A stretch of DNA of 64,000 bases, taken from assembly GCA_905331295.1 (NCBI GenBank), contig CAJNYD010000049.1, positions 1 through 64,000 of the forward strand. The letters run 5' to 3'. This stretch comes from Rotaria socialis (taxonomy: Eukaryota). The notes beneath the pieces are model-generated. The model was not told the origin of the DNA. It did not search any database and worked only from the letters and a program-made list of their open reading frames with translations. Positions 54,591 through 64,000 of this stretch are shown here, piece by piece. Position 1 is the stretch's first letter; each line of letters begins with the position of its first letter. The translations under genes and the position numbers were made by a program.

Positions 54591-56604
54591 ATGGCCGATG
54601 ATCAAATAATAAATCGCAATAGACGAGATATGTCTACGAACGATGAATCCAATAGTATTGAGTAAATAGCTCATTTTAACATAAGATATTTAGAATGATT
54701 AGATTTTGTTTAGGAAATCTGGCAAAACTAAAAATACAAAGTCATCTGATGGCCTCACCGATCTGGTTCAAATAGTTTCAGTCAGTGGTTTAGGCATTGC
54801 GTTCGGTTTTTTAATGAACAAAGCTAATGTATATCTTGCTCCGGTAATTCGAGATCAAATGTTATTCCAGCACTTTACCATGATTAAAATGTTTCTTGGT
54901 GCTGTTGGAGCATCAATGTTAAGCTCATGCATTGTTATTGTTGTTAGTGAATCAACTTATCGAACTGTTTGTAATTCATTTATTCATCGTAATAATCGTA
55001 TTCATGGTAAACGCTAAAAAAAGATATAGTTATTTAAAGGTTACATCCTAAGACAAAATGCTGAGATTAAATTCAGAAACATAAGCTGCGATCAAACTAA
55101 GATGAGGAAAACGGAACATTATTTTCCATAAGCTCATTCGAAAAGTAAACAAATCGACACATACTTTCTTAAACCATCTTTCGAATACTTAAAAGCATAG
55201 ATGTTTTTTCAGAGAAGACTGAGCATTTTTGGCCAGCGGATGTGAAACTTTATATTATTCAATTAAAATAACGATGCAGTCCAGATACGCTCGACCTGTT
55301 TATAACATACCTTGAAAAATAGAATGAATGCAATTTTAATTACACAATGAGACGTATTTTATTTTATAGAGAATTAGAAGAGCTCTTCCGATGCAAAGTT
55401 TTAGTTGCAAACATCGAATTGGCTTCTTACTAAGAAAAGAAGTTATGTTGATATCATATCAAATTGCACCTTTGAGAGAAAAAGCTTTACCAGGGAAAAC
55501 GTGATAGTTTTGTACATTTAAGTATGGTAAAGTATCTCAAAGTAGGGGAAGTGTGAAGTATCACGTTTTCTTCTTGGAAATTCATCCGGTTGTACAGAAT
55601 TTTCTTTTGAAAAGATAACGAGTTTAAATATTAATTATTTGTTTTAGGTTCTCATCTTTTGATGGGTGGAGCTCTTATTGGAGTTGGTATGGTTCTTGCC
55701 GGTAGCTGTCCAGGAACGGTATTTGTTCAAATGTAAGTGATTTATTTTCATGGATTTATTTTTGTAGTTGAAATTCTTTCTTGTACTTAGGGGCTCGGGT
55801 CTGCAAAATTCTTTTCTAACATGCCTTGGTGCTATCTGTGGAGTTTTGTTTTATTATGGATTTCTTTCTGCGCGTTTAACAAAAGATGAAGTACCAAAGT
55901 CATCAATAGTTCTGCAACAACTTCCAGAATTAATAGGTGTCAAACGTAGTTACCTGAATTTAATATTTGGTTCAATATTTATTGGTACTGCATTTACTCT
56001 TGAACATTTTATTCCCTATAAAAATGATTTCATAACACCAAAGGGACTCCCTAGTATATTAGGTTGGTCACCAGTACTATGCGGTATTGGTATTGGCTCA
56101 TTACAATTATTTTTTATGATGTTATTTAAAAAATCATTAGGAATATCAACTGGATTTACTGTATTAGTTGCACAATTGTGTCGTGTGAAATCCCTTAAAA
56201 AATTAATACCATCCTTAGAGCCATTCACTTATGGAGTACAAAATAGTTTAGCATTATTATTTGCATTTGGAGCTATTGGAGGAAGTTTTGTTTCAACAGT
56301 TTCAGCAAATCAATTTCCTTTAAATGAACAATATGGGGCAGGCGTTTTGAGTAGTTTCTTTGGAGGATTTTTATTAACACTTGGTGCACGCTGTGCTGGT
56401 GGTTGTACAAGTGGGCAGGGAATTTCTGGTAATTTTTTCTTTTTCTAATATTTCTATTGTTCTTATTTTTGTGTATCATTCAAAGGTGTCACACATCTTT
56501 TGGTTGGCTCTCTTATTGCAACTGCAGGAATGTTTGGTGGTGGAATGCTTTTTGCTGCAGGCTACGGATTGATAACAAAAGACTGGCTATTTCGTGCTTT
56601 ATAA
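54591..56604 (+). CDS. YeeE/YedE-family sulfur-compound (thiosulfate) transporter
   Basis: Five GT-AG exons; GIAFGFLMNKA..IRDQMLF..MIKMFLGA, GVGMVLAGSCPGT, GGFLLTLGARCAGGCTSGQGISG. Confidence 0.88.
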
Positions 56605-57739
56605 AAAAGATCAACTCGAAAACAGATCACCCTGATAACCTAAGCTTTTTATTTTCAGCAATTAATTAAAGGTTGAAATAAAATAAAAACTGAAATTCTA
56701 AATAATGTGCTTAATACGTAGAATACTTTAGAAGAAATGCGGATCTTGAGCCGCTAATTTCAGAGTGACTATGTTTGGAGAACATAGAACATTGAATAAG
56801 TAATGAACTTGGCGTACAGCACTGCATGGAAAAGGCATATTTAATGAGTATTACTGCATAGATATATTTGAATTAATACAAATTTTGTTGTTGTTAAATA
56901 AGGCCTTTTATGGAGTTGATTTAATCTTGACATATCCGCGTGTCGATTTTCTTGACGCGTCAGTTAATTTTTCTTCATTTCAGAGGACAGCAATAATTTA
57001 CCAATGCAGCATGTGTTAAAATCATGTGTGCGATAATCCTTGTATACTTCTATGAAATCACTTCGTTTAACGTCGAACGAAAGAAGTAAACTGCTTGGTT
57101 CACAACTTTTGGAACCGACATTCATGGTTGTGTTCTGTTCGACTCTTCATAAAATATATACTACTTAAATCGGTATCAAGATTTTTATATTAAGCACAAT
57201 CAAAAGTATATTCAATCTTCTAAGAAATGAGCATCGATAATACAGCAATTTTATTTTTATTCCAAAAGAAATATGCACGTACTTATCCTGTGTGTGTATT
57301 CCGTGCATCGTCCTATGTCGCACAAACCGACTGTTGACCCAATCGAGGACCGAACCACATCAACGCCTGGTCTTACTCTAATCTTTGATCAACATAACAC
57401 AGTCTAAAGTATCAACTATTCCATAAAACGACCATGAACTTGAAAATAAATAGATACCAAAGCTTTTTTTACAAACACAGGAACATCGACAAATGAGTCT
57501 GTTTCCAATGTGAATCTATTCAAATTGAAGTTCATTGACACGAGCTTGTGATATAATGCCAGCGAACATAAAACTCACACCATGACCTTTCTAACCAGCA
57601 GTGTCAATTTGATTGATTAGTTCATTTCAAAATTAGTTTAGTCTGTTTTTTATCTACATGAGGGTAGTGAGAAAATGCAAACATATAAGCATATGTTGAC
57701 CTCAATGCATTTCATGGCTCAGACATAAACAATTGTATT

Positions 57740-58460
57740 CATCATTTTTCAAAAACTCAATATAATTGATGATCTTTCTTCACTTGTGGATGTTAATCGA
57801 CGATTTCGTCGACTAGTCCTTGATTATCATTATATTCGTGATCATCAATTCACATGAGACTTCTTCAATAGATACTCAAGTTTTTTTCAAGAATTTGTTC
57901 GAATTTTTTACCTTAAATTCATAATCAAGTACATAAACTCTTTGTTGAAGAACATTCAATAGAAGAAATTCTTCGTGCTGCCAATTATCACTCCTAAATT
58001 TACACGAAGAGAATCTTTATCAATATTTAACAGGTAAAGAATTTTATTTTATCGTTACGCTTGAAAAAAAACCAACAAACTAATAATTATCTTTTGTTTT
58101 TATTTTCAAAATCTAAGATGATTCAATTCTTCGTGATTTTCTGACCAACCAAATAACTCAGCTGAATTATGCTCGGCAACTTTTTCGAAAATATTTTCAT
58201 TAATTTTATCTTTATGTAGTTAAAAAATTAATTGTATTGAATTTTTGTAACATGTTGCCTATGCAGCATTGTAGGCGAGCCCTCTATTCTATCCCCCTAT
58301 CGAAGAATTATATACCTTCAACTTTAATCAAATTGAAAATTAAAGTCGCGAGTTTCATTGATTGTCTCTATCTGCTTGATAAGCCTCTCGTTTGTTTATC
58401 AACATTAATTATTGATGTCAAACAAAATTTTCATCCATATTCAGCTATTGATCCAATATT
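57740..58460 (+). pseudogene. Decayed F-box/LRR-like gene
   Basis: IFQKLNIIDDLSSLVDVNRRFRRLVLDYHYIRD; LP*IHNQVHKLFVEEHSIEEILRAANY; FIDCLYLLD..LSTLIIDV; multiple stops and frameshifts. Confidence 0.55.
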
Positions 58461-59740
58461 CATTATACAAAAATTGTTACATCAACACTTATTTATCGAT
58501 AATAATATATTAAAATATTTTCTGTTCGAATTTCTTTCTATATCAACGATTTATTTTCAATAGAATCAGCAAGATTGTCGGAGGCTCAACAGGAAACACG
58601 TACACACCCATGCTATTTTCGAGATATGCGTATCTCGAGCAGTTTTGGTTCTCATGTAGAGTACTTCTTAATCTGGCTCATAAACTCTTCTCTTTGTGAT
58701 TACAAGGAACGGGTGACCACACTCTAAAACAAATTGTTTTATTACCGAACCTGTGCTCAGGATATATAAGAAGGGTGTGCGTGTGTACGTGTGGAAGATG
58801 AAGAGAACACCAACCTGCATTCCCCACACCCATTTATTTGTAAGCATAACTCAGTACAATATAAAAACTAAGACCCCATAGGTGAATAGTGTGCCAGTGA
58901 ACATGAGTGTATGAATACAGTGGTATACATGTATACCCTTTTTAGATCGCCATTGAATTTTCATAAACCGAGTCGAACAGTTATGTTTAATATTTCGAAA
59001 ATCGAGTTCTCGTATATGATCGTCACTGATGGTTAAGTATGTTGACGCTTTCAGCGCATTACACATCAGTATGAGCATCAATAACCTTCAGTTGGTTGCG
59101 ACAATGAATGTCGTCTTCGGACACGAATAAAGAACTCTTCCCATATCTGAAATTTCATGAAGAACTACCAATAAGATAATTTCACAGCAATGAGCCAACC
59201 AGGCTATCTTCGATCGCTTGTTTCTTGAAAACGAAAACAATTTGCACGATGTGCAATCAATGCGTAGGCGGAATGGAGTGGTTCATGTCTTCTTATACTT
59301 CATCTAGACTGTTTGGCACATTTGTACACGTGTCCAAAGATATTCAGCATATACAATTAATTATTTTTTTGAAAACAGAGTCCATGATGACATGAAATGT
59401 TATCGCCAGTATTGACGTATTCATACGACTAATTGTGACGATTGTCTGACAGAAGATGTACGAGTGAAGACGGGATAACACATTAATCCGTTCCTTCGTA
59501 TCGTACAATCACATCATATTCATAGGCAACACCCATTTATACATGCGAGATAAAGGAGAGAGAGAGACGCAAAGAAAAGGAAATAGGAGATAATTGTTTA
59601 AGAAGAATGATAAAAAGCATTATTAGAAAAAGAAAGTTTCGCTAAAACTGTTTGAAGATCTTGATTTATAAGTTTGAAAAGAATGTCCTTATTTCTGGAG
59701 CCAAAAGGTTTCTGAATGAAATAAAATTTTAGTGGTGGTT

Positions 59741-62700
59741 TTATCCAAACAAATCTCTCCTCAAGTCTTCTGCTTGCTGGGGCGATAACAAAGGTTTACA
59801 TTGATTTTTCGTCGGATAATTTGGTATCCCAGTAGCTACAATGGCATCAAGGAATTTCGCAACTCTATCTTGATAAGTACCTGGAGGTGGAACCTTTAAC
59901 ATATTACTTAGTTCCGTTTTTAGAGTATCATATATCCTCCCGTTTTTCAAGTGTTCTCTCAGTTCGGCGCGGTATTTCGTTGCCTCTGCGCTACGTCCAG
60001 TCGAAATATAGTCTTTATGATCATCACATGTCATAGGTATTACTGGCAAGTCTTCCGGGTTAATGTGCTCAAAAGGTGTACCTTTCAAAGAATTTTTTGG
60101 AGGGATGTGATTCAATTCATATTTGCGCCGTCGACCTTTGTATTTTTTGTTCAGCTTTTTATAGGTGCCCGCGTCTTCTTCGATTCCGTCAAATTGGTTC
60201 GTGTTTAAATTATTTTCTTGAATGTCTTTAGCACCTACGAGTAATAAACGGTTTGCTTCTTGAGGATGGCGAGTCTCGATCCACTTCTCTGCTTCTCGTG
60301 TTTTCATGAATTGTGTGGGATTGTTTTGTACCATCGCAGCTCTCTGATTACGAAGATCATCAATGGAGATATCGGTACCTTGATTTTGTAATATTTTTTG
60401 AATCACTGCATACCCACAATTATTGTTGATACTAGGCACATCGATGACGTCTCCGTTTTCTCCCCTAAGCTGATAATGTCCTATGCCTATTTTTCCTTCA
60501 CTGTTAGTTTCACCTTTCGTATAGACAATAATCTTCGTACCTTTTTCTATATCTTCCTGGGTAGGTTCGTATGCCGGATCATCGACTATTTTAATGGTTA
60601 TACCATTCTCAGCAGCCAGCCCCATCATATCAGCAAGATCTGCTGGCTTATCATTCTTGATGTCGTCTATATGCTTTTGTGTTGTACTGTCTAATGCTTC
60701 GTATTCATTTTTGCTGTCTGATGCTGCTTGCTGTGAGTGGTAAATAATTTCGCATTGACTATATGCAATACAATAATCTTTAGCATTATAATTTATTTGT
60801 TCAGTAAATGTTCGATATTTGCCATAATTTTTCATAAAAATTTTTTCTTCTTCTGTTAAATTTGCTTTACTTTTAAGTTCATCATATTTTTCTTGATCCT
60901 TATTGTGACTATCTGAGTTTTGATTTTTATCAACCAAATAATTATGTTGAATTCGGCTTGAAATACTATTTGCGACACTGCTAACTGCTAACGTTGACCA
61001 TGGCTGTATCAACTGCGATTCAATTATTTGTATTAATTGTTCAGTTATTTTATCTGCAATAGATTTCATAATTATACTAAACGAATCATATTCAACTTTC
61101 ATATAATTATCACAGAATAATATCATAAACTGGGCAACAGCATCTTGATCTTTTTCTTGTCGATTGAATTCATCTATTTTACGTTGCAATTTCCTGCATT
61201 CATCACTAACATCATCATGAGACGAAAGTTTTAAATTATCATTTTCGTCAATAATTTCCAAATTTTTAAGTTTATTCACTGCATTTCTTGCAATTTCTTT
61301 GTCAATCTTCAGATTCCGATGTAAGACGAGCGTGAGTGTCATTGTATTTTTATCAATTTGTGAAAGTTTCTTAACCAACTCTATGTATACGTTATCAATT
61401 AACGTTTGTAACTCGTATATACCATTTAATGTACCGATAATTCTAATTGTCATACTAATGACACTACCATAATTTTTGACATCTGCCAAAACACCTTTGA
61501 GCAAGGGTCCACCAATTGAATCCCATTGTCTACGGGCGAAATCGTGTTGTGGATTTATTGTATCGGCAACAATTTGATCTACTTTACATTGCAATATTTT
61601 TGACTTGGCTTGTAAATCCAACGCATACATTTTTCGTAACAAATATATCAAATCCGGTTTAGAAAACATCACTCGAATTTTCGATTGAACTGATTCGGAT
61701 ATTTGTGGTTTAATCAAATCAAATGAAAATTTCGATAAATACTGTACACCACTGTTGAGACCTTCTCTCACAACTGCTTCACCTGCTTTAACACCGGTAT
61801 ATTTGAATGCAAGACTTTTGAGATTTTTGCCAGTCTGAACAACTGTTTCGCCTATGGTTGCTGTATTTGTTGCAACTTGTGCTCCTGCTTGCTCAAGTGC
61901 CTCTTTACCAGCCGATTCAACTAAAGTCGTGACACCTTTTCCAGCATCTTTAAGATTGGAATAGCCCATTGAAACAGCAGAAATGATTAAGCTGACAGCC
62001 TTCTGTTTACAATAATCTCCCCAATTGAATTGTCTATTGCTAAATGCTCTATAGGCAGTGAACATATCAGCTATGCCTTCAGTGATAAGACCCATTCCTA
62101 CAGTAGAACCAAATCCAGTAGCAATAAGAACACCACCAGCAATAATTTGCAGAGATCCTAATATAGCCACAGCTATTACACTTCTCCAAGGAACAAATCG
62201 TTTCTCATTTATTTCGATCATATATTCAATACCTTTTGCTGTAAATTCATTCAGTTCAACAGTAGGCATAGAACCTTTTGTGTATAATTCCATTAGATTT
62301 TTTATTTTACTTATTTGTATATTTTCTTGAACGAGATCTGCATGAATAACAATATATTCAACTTGATGATCTTCCAAACATTGAAATTCGAGAGAGAACT
62401 CGATATTCTCTGTACGAAGATCTTTTATTATAATTTCCGATGTTGTCTTGTTTAAATTGTTAAAATGAAAATTTGCTTGTCCATTAAGACCATTAATACT
62501 GTTATAAAAATCTATGCCAACAAATGAAATATTAAATGAAATTTCTTGACAGCCAGATATAATTTTGCTGATTTGATCGGTTTGCAATGATTCAAATTTG
62601 ATATAAAAATATGAATCATCGTTTTTAAGTTCTGTTGCTCTTTTCACTAATTCATTTCGATCTACTTTTTCATACAATTTCTGTTCAGTTACACATATTT

Positions 62701-64000
62701 TTGCAGTTTCTATCCATTTATTGCGACCTATAATTGGCAACAGTATTGATTTAGTCAACACCATTTCGAGATTTATAGACGCGGCTTTGATTGAAGATAG
62801 TTTTTCCTTAATACTCTCAAAATCTAAACGATCAAAATCAATTTGAAGATTCTCAGAATCATTAGCTGCATTTTTGAAATGTGTATTCACTCCATTCACA
62901 TTTGCACCTTTAATAATGATGTTAAATCGAAGTGTATCATCCGTTTTTTCTTCAATCAATGTAATAAGTTCATTCATTTGTTGATTTTTTAATTCTTCAG
63001 TTTTGCTATCACTATGTATAATTTTCAAATCAACTTGATATGACCTTCTTACACGAAGTATATTCCACATGGTTCGTTCGCTCTTAAGTTTATCTATAGC
63101 TGATTCTTTCGTCAGATCCAGATATTCTTTATTTTGATTGAAAATTGCTTTTATTCTATCTAATTCGGCTTGTTTCAATGTAATAGATATGCCATGGTAT
63201 GATGACGGCAAGTTATCTTTGCAGTATGCATTATTTATAGTTTCCAATGCTTGGTCAATTGTAAAACTATCTTCTCTCGACGTCAAATCATTAAATATTA
63301 AATTATAACTTGCTTTCTTGTTCATTTTAATGTCTAATTTATTCTTGCTGTTTCTTTTAAGCTCATAATAAAACTCGATCTTTTCTAATACATTCCCATG
63401 AGAATGCTGTTCAATTCCAATCAAGTCAATAAGTCTTAATGATTTTTTGATTGCACCAATATTACCTTGAACACTATTTAAATATGTACCTAAAATAGTT
63501 ACTTTCGTCACAAACTGTTTATATAGTTCACTACCAGTAAATGTCGGTTGTTTTTGTTCTAAAAGTACTTGCATTGAATTTAACATTGCCATTTCATTGG
63601 ATAAAATTTTTAATGATTTCTCAAATGATTCAAGTGCTTTATTTTTATAATTCTCATCTCGAATTACAAGTGCGCACCAGGCTATACCTAAATAGGCTGC
63701 ACCAGAAACAGCTTCATCTAATTGAACAGCTTTCTCAAAATGACTCAAAGCACTTTTAGCTTTTGAAGAACTACGTATTGACCAATCATTCATAATAATA
63801 TCATTTGCAATCGCTGTATGATAATATGAATTTTTAATAATTTTCTCTTGTTCGTAATCTTTTCTCAATGTGGCAATCAATTTGTTGCATTCTTCGTTGG
63901 CATGATCTAATGGTATAGTGTCATCATCTAATTTTCGTAAAAACATCGCCCATTGTTCTTCAACAGCTGCAATTATATTTGTCTCATAAACAGTTGGCAT
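59741..64000 (-). CDS. 3' part of a giant protein: TPR-like helices, hydrophobic hairpin, permuted OTU-like domain, RHS-toxin-like C-terminal domain
   Basis: 1419-aa ORF open to the window edge (true start probably upstream); AYLGIAW..KALESFEK; WRSVIAVAILGSLQIIAGGVLIATGFG; GHY..NNCGYAVI..LR; ELNHIPPK..PVIPM..DH..STGRS..A..YR. Confidence 0.85.
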   Translation of the reverse strand: MPTVYETNIIAAVEEQWAMFLRKLDDDTIPLDHANEECNKLIATLRKDYEQEKIIKNSYYHTAIANDIIMNDWSIRSSSKAKSALSHFEKAVQLDEAVSGAAYLGIAWCALVIRDENYKNKALESFEKSLKILSNEMAMLNSMQVLLEQKQPTFTGSELYKQFVTKVTILGTYLNSVQGNIGAIKKSLRLIDLIGIEQHSHGNVLEKIEFYYELKRNSKNKLDIKMNKKASYNLIFNDLTSREDSFTIDQALETINNAYCKDNLPSSYHGISITLKQAELDRIKAIFNQNKEYLDLTKESAIDKLKSERTMWNILRVRRSYQVDLKIIHSDSKTEELKNQQMNELITLIEEKTDDTLRFNIIIKGANVNGVNTHFKNAANDSENLQIDFDRLDFESIKEKLSSIKAASINLEMVLTKSILLPIIGRNKWIETAKICVTEQKLYEKVDRNELVKRATELKNDDSYFYIKFESLQTDQISKIISGCQEISFNISFVGIDFYNSINGLNGQANFHFNNLNKTTSEIIIKDLRTENIEFSLEFQCLEDHQVEYIVIHADLVQENIQISKIKNLMELYTKGSMPTVELNEFTAKGIEYMIEINEKRFVPWRSVIAVAILGSLQIIAGGVLIATGFGSTVGMGLITEGIADMFTAYRAFSNRQFNWGDYCKQKAVSLIISAVSMGYSNLKDAGKGVTTLVESAGKEALEQAGAQVATNTATIGETVVQTGKNLKSLAFKYTGVKAGEAVVREGLNSGVQYLSKFSFDLIKPQISESVQSKIRVMFSKPDLIYLLRKMYALDLQAKSKILQCKVDQIVADTINPQHDFARRQWDSIGGPLLKGVLADVKNYGSVISMTIRIIGTLNGIYELQTLIDNVYIELVKKLSQIDKNTMTLTLVLHRNLKIDKEIARNAVNKLKNLEIIDENDNLKLSSHDDVSDECRKLQRKIDEFNRQEKDQDAVAQFMILFCDNYMKVEYDSFSIIMKSIADKITEQLIQIIESQLIQPWSTLAVSSVANSISSRIQHNYLVDKNQNSDSHNKDQEKYDELKSKANLTEEEKIFMKNYGKYRTFTEQINYNAKDYCIAYSQCEIIYHSQQAASDSKNEYEALDSTTQKHIDDIKNDKPADLADMMGLAAENGITIKIVDDPAYEPTQEDIEKGTKIIVYTKGETNSEGKIGIGHYQLRGENGDVIDVPSINNNCGYAVIQKILQNQGTDISIDDLRNQRAAMVQNNPTQFMKTREAEKWIETRHPQEANRLLLVGAKDIQENNLNTNQFDGIEEDAGTYKKLNKKYKGRRRKYELNHIPPKNSLKGTPFEHINPEDLPVIPMTCDDHKDYISTGRSAEATKYRAELREHLKNGRIYDTLKTELSNMLKVPPPGTYQDRVAKFLDAIVATGIPNYPTKNQCKPLLSPQQAEDLRRDLFG

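Noticed and set aside
58851..59740. Immunity gene downstream of the toxin-like ORF
   Set aside because: No convincing intact ORF, only short or degenerate frames
1..64000. Prokaryotic origin of the window, rRNA or tRNA genes
   Set aside because: Spliceosomal introns and a metazoan receptor gene are present; no rRNA or tRNA recognised by eye

Overview
AT-rich eukaryotic DNA with short GT-AG introns, most consistent with a bdelloid rotifer. This is inferred from (TGTGGG)n telomere-type repeats, Penelope-type minimal hammerhead ribozymes, ART-TPR genes and several bacterial/fungal-looking genes. It reads as an accessory, decaying region. Genes: two R-S-E ADP-ribosyltransferase + TPR genes (one with a nonsense codon), a Cx5R phosphatase, an insulin-receptor-like gene with no kinase domain, a 21-aa-repeat coiled-coil protein, an APC amino-acid permease, a MYND-finger protein, a YeeE/YedE transporter and several pseudogenes. 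Repeats: many MITEs, a degenerate Penelope-like RT, four hammerhead-like motifs and a dispersed family of telomere-repeat hairpins. The best candidate for a new system is the giant ORF at the right edge. It has TPR-like helices, a hydrophobic hairpin, an apparently circularly permuted OTU-like protease and a C-terminal domain resembling bacterial RHS toxin tips. A second, unrelated orphan toxin-tip-like fragment at 2453-2662 also points to a possible polymorphic-toxin-like system in an animal. All family assignments come from motifs recognised by eye; no searches were run.
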